Shown here piece after piece: positions 1-8,152 of a stretch of 33,432 nt of DNA (positions are counted from its first letter, which is position 1; each line of letters starts with the position of its first letter). A program made the translations under genes and the position numbers. The stretch covers positions 1 to 33,432 of the IMG/VR virus record IMGVR_UViG_3300025575_000034; one strand, 5' to 3'. The DNA is from a virus (Duplodnaviria; Caudoviricetes). The notes under the pieces are model-generated. The model was not told the DNA's origin and made no database searches. It was given only the letters and a program-made list of their open reading frames with translations.

Positions 1-208
1 TCAAAGAATCATGGGATTAGTCGAAGATGGAATAGTTGGTCCAATGACACTGAAAGCCGTAAATACCGCAAATCAAAAGGGATTATTTCAGGATATTAAA
101 AAAGCACGTGAAAAATTCTTTTGGGACATCGTAAAAAATAATCCTTCGCAAAGTAAGTTTATAAAAGGCTGGCTTAATAGGTTGGCGGATTTTAATTTTA
201 GCGAATGA
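1..208 (+). CDS. Endolysin, C-terminal part (GH108-type with peptidoglycan-binding domain), truncated by window edge
   Basis: DGIVGPMTL peptidoglycan-binding motif and C-terminal NPSQSKFIKGWLNR typical of GH108/PG_binding_3 lysins; lies upstream of holin- and spanin-like genes. Confidence 0.8.
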   Translation, partial: QRIMGLVEDGIVGPMTLKAVNTANQKGLFQDIKKAREKFFWDIVKNNPSQSKFIKGWLNRLADFNFSE

Positions 209-244
209 GTGACGAAATAAGGGAGTTGATTGAACGTTTAAGAA

Positions 245-508
245 TTGAAGATGATGAATGATTATAATAAAAGAGTATGGTTAAATGACGTAAAATCATC
301 ATCTACCAGTAGTGTGGTTGCATTTGATGGAGACGTACAATACTCAGATAAGATATATAGAGATACTTTTATTAAAATATCTGATTGCAAATACTCCATT
401 AAACTTCATAAAAAAGACGAAGATTCAATATCGGATTTTATAACCAAAATGAAATTATTAAAAACTGAAATAGAGCTATTTATTAACTATTTAGAACAAA
501 CAAAATGA
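245..508 (+). CDS. Hypothetical protein (87 aa) inside lysis module
   Basis: ORF overlapping the next ORF (ATGA coupling); no recognised motif. Confidence 0.6.
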   Translation: MKMMNDYNKRVWLNDVKSSSTSSVVAFDGDVQYSDKIYRDTFIKISDCKYSIKLHKKDEDSISDFITKMKLLKTEIELFINYLEQTK

Positions 509-909
509 TTAAAATATTAAGTATTAAAAAATTTAAAAAGGGTAATATTATAACAAGGGTTTGTCCGACTCAAGGCCATAAAGGCGATTGTTCCTTTACT
601 GGTGAAAAATTAAAGCTAATTAAATTAACAAATACAGATATAGTAATTGATAATTTATGTGATGCTGCCGGAGGAATTTATACACTTTCACGAACAGAAT
701 ATGAATATGGGTGGGTTTTATATCATTTAAGTGAAAACGAAAAGGATGATGAGATTATGCCATATTCAGACTACATGGGTCAATTAAGGGTTCAGTATGT
801 TTATTTAGAAATCGAACTGGATAGACTGAGAGGTCAGGATCAGTTCCATAAGTTTAGCGACTATTTAACTGTGTGCCGTTATTTGGGGAGTATAAATTGT
901 AGTGTTTAA
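505..909 (+). CDS. Hypothetical protein (134 aa)
   Basis: ORF with ATG start; no recognised motif. Confidence 0.6.
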   Translation: MIKILSIKKFKKGNIITRVCPTQGHKGDCSFTGEKLKLIKLTNTDIVIDNLCDAAGGIYTLSRTEYEYGWVLYHLSENEKDDEIMPYSDYMGQLRVQYVYLEIELDRLRGQDQFHKFSDYLTVCRYLGSINCSV

Positions 910-926
910 AAAATTAAAAATTGAAG

Positions 927-1313
927 ATGATGAAAGCTAACATAGGATTTTTACAAGAACGCCAACCGGACGGAACAGTTGCCGATAGTATGACAAGATT
1001 ATCTATGCCGTTCTTTTTTGTATTGCTTTGCTTGTACATGTACTTTTCAAACCAATCTTATGAAAATCACTTTAATAAGCTAGTAGAAATGGCATCAGCT
1101 AAACCGGCAGCGATAATAAGCGAACAGAGTTTTATTGCATTGAATCAGGGGCTAAAAAGATTTGACGAAACCATATTGTTAATACTCTCTTGCTTAGTTG
1201 TTGCCCCTAAGGTAGTGCAAAAAATATTTGAAGCTAAAACCGGAATAAAAGACAGTTCAGAAGTGACCGAAACGACAACAAAAACAGAAAAATCAATAAC
1301 ACAACCATCATGA
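927..1313 (+). CDS. Putative holin / membrane protein
   Basis: Two hydrophobic segments (PFFFVLLCLYMYF; ILLILSCLVVAP), charged C-terminus, position between endolysin and spanin-like gene. Confidence 0.55.
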   Translation: MMKANIGFLQERQPDGTVADSMTRLSMPFFFVLLCLYMYFSNQSYENHFNKLVEMASAKPAAIISEQSFIALNQGLKRFDETILLILSCLVVAPKVVQKIFEAKTGIKDSSEVTETTTKTEKSITQPS

Positions 1314-1786
1314 ATAAATATCTAAAGTATGCCATTTACGCGATATTCGCAGGAATGTTAATTGCTTTAATAATTTCCTGTAAGTCGGTTAAAGAAATCC
1401 CGATACAATACCGAGAGGTAATTAAAGAAAAACTAATACCGGTTATTAATCCTGCCGATAGCGCAAATTTAACGGCATTATTCGAATGTGATAGTACAAA
1501 CCATGTAATATTAAAACAGCTTAAAGAGGCTAAAACCGCACATGTTGAGAGTAGCTCAAATCTGAATAACGGCGTATTTACGTATAAAATCAAAACAGTT
1601 AGAGACACTATTTACATCCCATCAAAAGAAACAACGATTACAAAAGAGGTTCCGGTAAAAGTTGAGGTTCCGGTTAATTACGTGAATTGGTGGCAGAAAA
1701 TACTCATTTGGATTGGTGGCGTTGTGTTAGTTGGCACGATTGGATTTATTGCTTTTAAAATATTTAGATCGAAAATACCGATTTGA
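1310..1786 (+). CDS. Putative unimolecular spanin (lipoprotein with C-terminal TM helix)
   Basis: Signal peptide ending in lipobox LIISC plus C-terminal TM WWQKILIWIGGVVLVGTIGFIAF; last gene of lysis cassette. Confidence 0.65.
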   Translation: MNKYLKYAIYAIFAGMLIALIISCKSVKEIPIQYREVIKEKLIPVINPADSANLTALFECDSTNHVILKQLKEAKTAHVESSSNLNNGVFTYKIKTVRDTIYIPSKETTITKEVPVKVEVPVNYVNWWQKILIWIGGVVLVGTIGFIAFKIFRSKIPI

Positions 1787-1799
1787 TGAAATAAATATC

Positions 1800-1807
1800 T
1801 ATATTTG
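1800..1807 (+). promoter_or_regulatory. Bacteroidota-type -7 promoter element (TATATTTG) for candidate sRNA
   Basis: Exact TAnnTTTG match; no canonically spaced -33 element seen. Confidence 0.5.
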
Positions 1808-1810
1808 AAA

Positions 1811-1876
1811 ATCGTTTTTAGAAGTTTGGTTAGTTTGAAATTTGCGCCTGTGATCGCCCGATTACAGGCGTTTTTT
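1811..1876 (+). ncRNA. Candidate trans-acting sRNA with 5' seed AUCGUUUUUA
   Basis: Promoter element, ~33-nt U/G-rich unpaired stretch with no ORF, then intrinsic terminator; 5' end is the reverse complement of the TAAAAACGAT motif upstream of many start codons. Confidence 0.55.
1844..1876 (+). terminator. Rho-independent terminator
   Basis: GCGCCTGTGATC-gccc-GATTACAGGCGT 12-bp stem followed by a T-run. Confidence 0.85.
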
Positions 1877-1882
1877 CGTTTA

Positions 1883-1957
1883 AAACATGTTCTACAACAG
1901 TTTTCGTAAAATAAAAGTAAATATATTAGGTGTATATAAAACTTATACTTAAATTTG
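1883..1957 (+). promoter_or_regulatory. AACATGTT box/promoter, copy 1
   Basis: AAACATGTT-ctac-AACAGTTTT; TAAATTTG at 1950 (spacing 67, longer than other copies). Confidence 0.55.
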
Positions 1958-1982
1958 TACTACAAACTTTAAAACTGATAAA

Positions 1983-2393
1983 ATGGAAGGCATTATTAAA
2001 TACAGAGCGTGGAGAAAGCAAACTAATGAAATGTTTAATGTTCAATCAATCGCATGGGATAGTGACGGAGAAATGCGAATTACACTAAAGGAATATTCTG
2101 AAAGGAGTAGAAATACAACATACCCAGAAGATGAAGTTGAATTAATGCAATTCACTGGGCTAACTGATAAAAACGGCGTGAAAATATTTGAAGGGGACGT
2201 GTTAACATACACTGATGTTTACTCTAAGGTTTTATTGCCAGTATCTTTTTTTAATGGGAAATTCATGAAACAGGAAATAAGACCAGATAGTCACAAATGG
2301 CTACATACAAGTGACCACTGGTTTGATCTTTCTTTTGCACATGAAAGAAATGAAGTAATCGGAAATATTCACGAAAAAATAACTAAAAAATGA
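1983..2393 (+). CDS. yopX: YopX family protein
   Basis: IKYRAW...LMQFTGLTDKNGVKIFEGDV...EVIGNIHE signature. Confidence 0.9.
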   Translation: MEGIIKYRAWRKQTNEMFNVQSIAWDSDGEMRITLKEYSERSRNTTYPEDEVELMQFTGLTDKNGVKIFEGDVLTYTDVYSKVLLPVSFFNGKFMKQEIRPDSHKWLHTSDHWFDLSFAHERNEVIGNIHEKITKK

Positions 2394-2566
2394 GTTATTC
2401 AAAAATCAAACTCGACGGTACAGCATCCGAAAAAGCAGGACGCAAACCACTTCCAAAAGGTGAAAAGAAATTGAAATTCACCATGTACGAATACCCGAAA
2501 ATCATCACTTTAAACGGTGGGATGTATAAGATGAAAGAAACAATGCAAAACAGCTTAAAACGATGA
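2390..2566 (+). CDS. Small basic putative DNA-binding protein (58 aa, not in ORF track)
   Basis: MSYSKIKLDGTASEKAGRKPLPKGEKKLKFTMY...; AGRKP motif as in AT-hook/RHH-type phage proteins; coupled to yopX stop. Confidence 0.5.
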   Translation: MSYSKIKLDGTASEKAGRKPLPKGEKKLKFTMYEYPKIITLNGGMYKMKETMQNSLKR

Positions 2567-2721
2567 AATACCAAACCATTGAACGACTATTGAAAGTATT
2601 GGCAATTGTTTCTTTTATTGTATTTGCCTATTCATTCAGGAACTTAGGGAATAGCCCTATTACCGTAGTATCCGGTATTATAATGTGTATTACTTGCTCA
2701 TGGTTATATTTAACAGATTAA
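2563..2721 (+). CDS. Small two-TM membrane protein (52 aa, not in ORF track)
   Basis: MKYQTIERLLKVLAIVSFIVFAYSF...ITVVSGIIMCITCSWLYL; start lies within the TAAAACGATG motif. Confidence 0.5.
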   Translation: MKYQTIERLLKVLAIVSFIVFAYSFRNLGNSPITVVSGIIMCITCSWLYLTD

Positions 2722-2908
2722 AACTAAATAAAATGAAAACTTTCGGAATAATTATTTTTTGCATGATTGGTTTTCTCTGCATTTTGTGGGGAGTAAACAA
2801 CAAAGAAAAACGACGCATTAAAAAGCAAGTTCACGATAAAACCGTTTGGCAAATTAGAATGATGAATGAAAGAAAACATATGAGCAGTTTACTCTAAAAA
2901 ATGATCCA

Positions 2909-3169
2909 ATGATGAAAACTAAAAGTGGTTACGAAACAAACGGAGATTATATTAAATTCAAAAGTGGATTTACTGGTAGTTGGAATGTAGAAACAGAAAA
3001 CAAAATGGAGCATTTTAAAGCCGAATATGAGGCCGATATGCACATTATTACAAAAATTATTGGATGTGAAAAAGCATACCCAACCTGCAATCACTATAAG
3101 GCACAAGTAGGGGGATGCAATAATTGTGAATTTGGATTTAATAGTAATTGTTCAAATGGAGGTAAATAA
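2909..3169 (+). CDS. Hypothetical Cys-rich protein
   Basis: ORF with a C-terminal Cys cluster. Confidence 0.5.
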   Translation: MMKTKSGYETNGDYIKFKSGFTGSWNVETENKMEHFKAEYEADMHIITKIIGCEKAYPTCNHYKAQVGGCNNCEFGFNSNCSNGGK

Positions 3170-3923
3170 AATATACAACGAAAGCAATATTAAAACTATG
3201 GCTAAAATGCCAGATAACTTTATTGACTTAACTGTTACTTCGCCGCCTTACGATGGATTAAGAACCTATAATGGTTATTCATTTCCATTTGAGGATATTG
3301 CCAAAGAACTTTATAGGATTACAAAACAGGGTGGAGTAGTTGTGTGGGTTATTAGTGATGCAACTATTGAAGGGAGTGAAAGCGGAACAAGTTTTAAACA
3401 AGCATTATTTTTTAAGGAAATCGGCTTTAAACTGCACGATACAATGATATGGAGGAAACCTGATGCAAAGCCATTGACACACAATAGATACGAACAAAGT
3501 TTTGAATATATGTTTATATTTAGTAAGGGGAAGCCAAAATTTTTTAATGGGATAAAAGACAAACCCAATAGGTGGGTAGGAATGAATAATCATGGAACCT
3601 GTAGAGATGTAAACGGGACCATGAAAAGGAAAAGCGGACACAATAGTAAAGTTATTTCAGAGTTTGGATTACGACACAATACGTGGGATATATTAACTGT
3701 CAAGAATAATAAATTTAAACATCCTGCGCCATTCCCCGAACAATTAGCAAATGACCATATACTAACATGGAGTGATGAGGGCGATTTGGTTTATGATTGC
3801 TTTGCTGGAAGCGGAACGACATTAAAGATGGCAAAACAAAATAATAGGAATTACATTGGCAGCGAAATAAGTATTGAATATGTTGAAATGATAAACGAAA
3901 GACTTAGCGGAACATTGTTTTAA
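3156..3923 (+). CDS. Orphan DNA methyltransferase (N4C/N6A, beta class)
   Basis: TSPPY motif IV near N-terminus, HPAPFP, and DCFAGSGTT motif I near C-terminus; start moved to ATG 3156. Confidence 0.92.
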   Translation: MEVNKIYNESNIKTMAKMPDNFIDLTVTSPPYDGLRTYNGYSFPFEDIAKELYRITKQGGVVVWVISDATIEGSESGTSFKQALFFKEIGFKLHDTMIWRKPDAKPLTHNRYEQSFEYMFIFSKGKPKFFNGIKDKPNRWVGMNNHGTCRDVNGTMKRKSGHNSKVISEFGLRHNTWDILTVKNNKFKHPAPFPEQLANDHILTWSDEGDLVYDCFAGSGTTLKMAKQNNRNYIGSEISIEYVEMINERLSGTLF

Positions 3924-3949
3924 CCTTTTCGCGGTTTACTTTGAGATAA

Positions 3950-4024
3950 GATCGTGTAGCTTAATCGGAATAAGAGCGGTGAGTTTCTAAGCCACAGATT
4001 CAGGTTCGAATCCTGACACGAGAG
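3950..4024 (+). tRNA. Degenerate tRNA-Arg(TCT)-like gene
   Basis: D-stem GCTT/GAGC, loop TT-TCT-AA, T-arm TCAGG-TTCGAAT-CCTGA; two mismatches in acceptor stem and two in anticodon stem; CCA not encoded. Confidence 0.55.
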
Positions 4025-4180
4025 CTATTTGAGGTGTAGTTAACCTCCGATAATTATATGTCACTTGATCCGGTTTTCTCAGATGCCACCAAACATTAAC
4101 GGATCGCACTTTTGTTACATGCCTCCGGTCATACAGGAATTTGATCGGAGGCAGTCAGAAACTTTAAAAACGATATTGAG

Positions 4181-4525
4181 ATGAAACATAGAATTCACAA
4201 CGGAATTATAATAAGTAAAAAAGAACAGGAATTTATTAAATTTCTATTGACAGGATCAAATAGTTTTCAGGATGCTTATTTTGTTTATGATGCACGCAAG
4301 CGAACAATAAAAAGAAACATGCGAACTATTTCGACGTGGTTCAATAAAGTTCTGGAAGGATTAAAGAAAAAGAATCTTTGTGGCGAAATACCGTTTATTC
4401 TGATTCATCCAAAAGGTTTTATTTGGAGTAATCCAGGAATCAGGGCAAATCGAGATAATTATATTGCATTGACATTGCAAGAAGATTTTCAACTATCGGA
4501 TTATGAAATAAAGAAAATCATATAA
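4181..4525 (+). CDS. Hypothetical protein (114 aa)
   Basis: ORF preceded by TAAAAACGAT motif. Confidence 0.65.
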   Translation: MKHRIHNGIIISKKEQEFIKFLLTGSNSFQDAYFVYDARKRTIKRNMRTISTWFNKVLEGLKKKNLCGEIPFILIHPKGFIWSNPGIRANRDNYIALTLQEDFQLSDYEIKKII

Positions 4526-4578
4526 AACATGTTTAAAAACAGCTTTTGTAATATCAATTACTCTTTAGCTTATCTTTG
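4525..4578 (+). promoter_or_regulatory. AACATGTT box/promoter, copy 2
   Basis: AAACATGTT-taaa-AACAGCTTTTG; TATCTTTG 46 nt downstream. Confidence 0.75.
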
Positions 4579-4603
4579 AAGTACAATTTAAAAACGATAC
4601 GCA

Positions 4604-4774
4604 ATGGAAAAACAACCTTTAGATGAACTGTTGAAAACCTACAAAGTCAGGTTAAAAGTCATTTTGAATGAGATGGATTCTGATGATAATTCCAATGAAT
4701 GGAAAGAGATATTAAGAATCAAACTTGCATGTTACCGCACATTTATTAATGAATTAGAGGAGGTTTTATCATGA
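4604..4774 (+). CDS. Small helical protein (56 aa, not in ORF track), paralog of 19901..20059
   Basis: MEKQPLDELLKTYKVRL...CYRTFINELE; follows promoter and start-region motif. Confidence 0.6.
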   Translation: MEKQPLDELLKTYKVRLKVILNEMDSDDNSNEWKEILRIKLACYRTFINELEEVLS

Positions 4775-4959
4775 AATACTCACGCTATGATTACGACAGT
4801 CCAGACGGAATGTATGAACCAGATTACGAACCATCACAGGCAGACATTGACGCCGAAAAGTGCGATAATGACGAAGATTCAGAATAAATAAACAATTAAA
4901 AGATACGGAGTTGACGATTAATTTTGTATCTTTGATTACGCTTTAAAAACGATAAGACA

Positions 4960-5550
4960 ATGAAAATTACAACCGAAATGTACGAGGCATTAAAAATACC
5001 TCTTCCAGCGGAGGCAGTAAAGCCACACCCAACAAAAACCTATTTAAGCTCTATTAAGGCTATTTTTGTTACTGAAAGGCTTAATGATGTGTTTGGCTGC
5101 GGATCGTGGCAAATTAAGGCTGAAAAGATAGCTGACGGCGAAAAGGGAATGGTTGTCGTAAAAGTTATTTTAACTATTCCGGAATACGACGTTTACTATG
5201 AAAGTTTTGGCGGAAACGATAACGGAGGCGAAGGATCAAAAAACTTTGACTTGGGAGATGCCTATAAAGGCGCAACGACAGACGGAATTACAAAGATTGG
5301 TTCCTATCTTGGCATTGGTATTGACGTTTTCAAGGGATTAAAGAATACACCGGCTGCACCAAAAGAAGTAAAACGTAATCCAGACGAAGAAATTAAAGAA
5401 CAATTAAAAATAGCTATTTCTGAAATAAAGAAATCAACAACATTAGATGAAGTTAAAAAGTGTTGGTTGAAATGGAAGGCATTTCAGGAAAACGCTTTAT
5501 TTGCTACCGAAAAGGATATAATCAAAATTAAACTTACACCAAAAGAATAA
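4960..5550 (+). CDS. Rad52/Sak-like single-strand annealing protein
   Basis: LSSIKAIFVTERLNDVFGCGSW...AYKGATTDGITKIGSYLGIGIDVF matches the Rad52/22 pattern; own promoter TATCTTTG at 4927. Confidence 0.85.
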   Translation: MKITTEMYEALKIPLPAEAVKPHPTKTYLSSIKAIFVTERLNDVFGCGSWQIKAEKIADGEKGMVVVKVILTIPEYDVYYESFGGNDNGGEGSKNFDLGDAYKGATTDGITKIGSYLGIGIDVFKGLKNTPAAPKEVKRNPDEEIKEQLKIAISEIKKSTTLDEVKKCWLKWKAFQENALFATEKDIIKIKLTPKE

Positions 5551-5554
5551 TATT

Positions 5555-6022
5555 ATGAGTACACTGCAACTGTTTAAGAATTTCCCAACCACAAAAGAAG
5601 ATATTTCTGTTTGTGTGAAAAATGCAAAAGATGAAATTTTAAGCGGGGACTTCAACCCGCTTGAAATTGATCTTCACCTGAAAAAAATGGAAGAACTTGT
5701 AAAAGGAATCCGCGAAGATTCAGAAATCAAATCGGCTGTTTTTACCGAACTTGAAAAGTACACTGAAAAGACAGTTAAATTTAACGGGTGTGAAATCACA
5801 AAGAAAGGCTTAACGTCTTATAATTACGATATTTGCAATGATATTGAACTCCAACAAATGGAAGCCAAAGCGAAGATTTTAACCGAGCAAATTAAAGACC
5901 GTAAAATCATACTTCAAAAGATGAAGGAGGAACAAACAATTGTAACTCAGGACGGTGAAATATTAACCATTTATCCGGCAGAAAAACAAGTAAAAGATTC
6001 ATTTTCAATTAGGATATTGTAA
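5555..6022 (+). CDS. Hypothetical protein in recombination module
   Basis: 155-aa ORF between the annealing protein and SSB. Confidence 0.7.
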   Translation: MSTLQLFKNFPTTKEDISVCVKNAKDEILSGDFNPLEIDLHLKKMEELVKGIREDSEIKSAVFTELEKYTEKTVKFNGCEITKKGLTSYNYDICNDIELQQMEAKAKILTEQIKDRKIILQKMKEEQTIVTQDGEILTIYPAEKQVKDSFSIRIL

Positions 6023-6148
6023 GAATAATTTGTATATTTACAGTGCGATTCAGTTATGAAAACATTAAAAAATTCCCACGGCTTCAATATTGCCAAAGTG
6101 CAAACCGCACAACTGGATCGCCTTTATTGGGGTTGTGGGTGCTTTTTT

Positions 6149-6631
6149 ATGAAAGAAATTAAATTAAGTCAAGGTGAAGTATCATTCGTAGATGACGAAG
6201 ATTTCGAGAGAGTGAATGCGCTCAAGTGGTGCGCGTACAAAGGTGGAAACACATCTTATGCAGTAAGAAGCATTCTAATTAATGGAAAATGGAAGGCCCA
6301 GCGAATGCATAGATTTATCATGGGCGATAATACGTTAAAATTAGATATAGACCATATTGACCATGACGGACTGAACAACCAGAAAATTAATCTTAGGTTT
6401 TGTACGCATCAAGAAAACATGATGAATCAGAAGCCTCGAAAAAACTGTTCATCTGTTTATAAAGGGACATGTTGGAATAAGCGCGCAAAAAAATGGATGG
6501 CGCAAATACGAATAGATGGTAATAGTATTTACCTCGGTATATTTTATAATGAGATAGATGCAGCGAGAGCATACGATGAAGCCGCAAAAATACACTATAA
6601 AGAGTATTCAAAATTAAATTTTAACAACTAA
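6149..6631 (+). CDS. HNH-AP2 homing endonuclease
   Basis: MHRFIM...DIDHIDHDGLNNQKINLR (HNH_3) plus AP2 domain (YKGTCW...YLGIFYNEIDAARAYDEAA); start at 6149 by alignment with the paralog at 12525. Confidence 0.9.
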   Translation: MKEIKLSQGEVSFVDDEDFERVNALKWCAYKGGNTSYAVRSILINGKWKAQRMHRFIMGDNTLKLDIDHIDHDGLNNQKINLRFCTHQENMMNQKPRKNCSSVYKGTCWNKRAKKWMAQIRIDGNSIYLGIFYNEIDAARAYDEAAKIHYKEYSKLNFNN

Positions 6632-6642
6632 AAATTAAAAAA

Positions 6643-7008
6643 ATGAGCTTTAAAGTAACTGGGAAAGTGATTAAAATTTTACCGGAATTAAAAGGAACTT
6701 CGGCACGTGGCGAATGGGTTAAACGTGATTTTGTTATTGATGATGAAGACGGACAATATTCAAAAAATATTTGTTTCACTTTATTTAACGATAAATCAGA
6801 CTTTGCAAATCGTATTAAGGTTGGTTCGCAAGTCGAAGTATCATTTTCGATTGAGTCACGCGAATACAATGAGAAGTGGTTTAGTAACGTGAACGCGTTT
6901 AGAGTTGACGTAATAGGAAACCAAACCAATGCACCGGCGCCATTCGACTCACACACACCGATTGATAGTAATAATGATGACGACGACGGGTCTGGACTGC
7001 CATTTTGA
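6643..7008 (+). CDS. DUF3127-family single-stranded DNA-binding protein
   Basis: GTSARGEWVKRDFVI...VEVSFSIESREYNEKWF, acidic tail ending DDDDGSGLPF. Confidence 0.85.
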   Translation: MSFKVTGKVIKILPELKGTSARGEWVKRDFVIDDEDGQYSKNICFTLFNDKSDFANRIKVGSQVEVSFSIESREYNEKWFSNVNAFRVDVIGNQTNAPAPFDSHTPIDSNNDDDDGSGLPF

Positions 7009-7165
7009 CCATGAAACATCAAGACGAATCACAACCAGGCATCAACTGTAAGCTATCAAAACTCAACGGAAACGACAGCCAAAAAATAAAAGAATCCGGT
7101 ATAATATCGCCGGATTTATCTAAACTAAAAGCAATTAAAATTAATTCTAAAACAGTAATTTACAG

Positions 7166-7369
7166 ATGAGCCAATGTCAAGTAATAAAATGCAAGTGCGG
7201 AAAAGTATTTGCAATGTGTCGGGTTCCTGAATGTTATCAGGATTCAGATTGGATGAAAGACGTTAGAAAATACGTTAAAAAAGGATGCATTATCGAAGTC
7301 GGAGAATCGAAAGATTACAATTTTGAAAAGTGCATTTGCGAAAACAAAAGCGAACCAACACTATTTTAA
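7166..7369 (+). CDS. Small Cys-rich protein
   Basis: CKCG and CIC motifs; 67 aa. Confidence 0.55.
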   Translation: MSQCQVIKCKCGKVFAMCRVPECYQDSDWMKDVRKYVKKGCIIEVGESKDYNFEKCICENKSEPTLF

Positions 7370-7370
7370 G

Positions 7371-7808
7371 ATGAAATTTCATTGTAAAATACTCGATAAA
7401 AACGCACTTTCACACAAAACAGATGAAGATTTTAAAAACTGGTTAAAACTGAAAGACGGTGACTATTGTGAGATTGAAACATGGAAGGAACGAAACGTAA
7501 CCAACCACAGGCGGTTTTTTGCATTACTTAATCGTACTATTTATTTATTGCCAGAGGAACCGGAATTTGACAAGTTAAGAAACATTGATTATTTACGTAA
7601 AGAAATTCTAATTTTGATTGGCGAAGTTGACGTTCATATTTCAATGGATGGCACAATGTATATGCAACCAAAGTCAATTAGCTTTCGATCTATGGACGAT
7701 GTGGAGTTTAATAGGATTTACCACCTCTGCACTGGAAAGATCGTTAATACGTTCTTAAAATACATTTCTTTAGAAGATTTTGAAACTTATATTCTTAAAT
7801 TTATTTAA
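7371..7808 (+). CDS. DUF1367/NinB-like protein
   Basis: RNVTNHRRFFALL and PKSISFRSMDDVEF motifs. Confidence 0.7.
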   Translation: MKFHCKILDKNALSHKTDEDFKNWLKLKDGDYCEIETWKERNVTNHRRFFALLNRTIYLLPEEPEFDKLRNIDYLRKEILILIGEVDVHISMDGTMYMQPKSISFRSMDDVEFNRIYHLCTGKIVNTFLKYISLEDFETYILKFI

Positions 7809-8152
7809 CATGAATAAAAAGCAACGTATATTTTTCGGAATTTCGTTTTTGGCATTTGTATTTTCTTATTTTTATTATAAAGAATTCCGAATCGAAACAT
7901 GCCTTTACGTATCAACTCTTTTATTATTTTTGATTACTCATAAAATTTACGAAAAATAAACAAAATGAAAAAATTACTTTTATTCCTGTTTTTACTCTCG
8001 ATTTTAGCCTCGTGTGTGACGGTTAAAAGATCACATTCAAAAACTATGTACGCTAAAAGAGCGGCGTTTATTAAGTCACGCGGGGAGCCACGAAATGAAT
8101 TTTTTGATCGGAAATGTCCGAATGTGTTTAGATAATTACTATATTTACACCT

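Noticed and set aside
921-932. Lambda-S-like dual-start (holin/antiholin) motif M-K-M
   Set aside because: The first codon is TTG inside a repeat that also occurs at 243; evidence too weak
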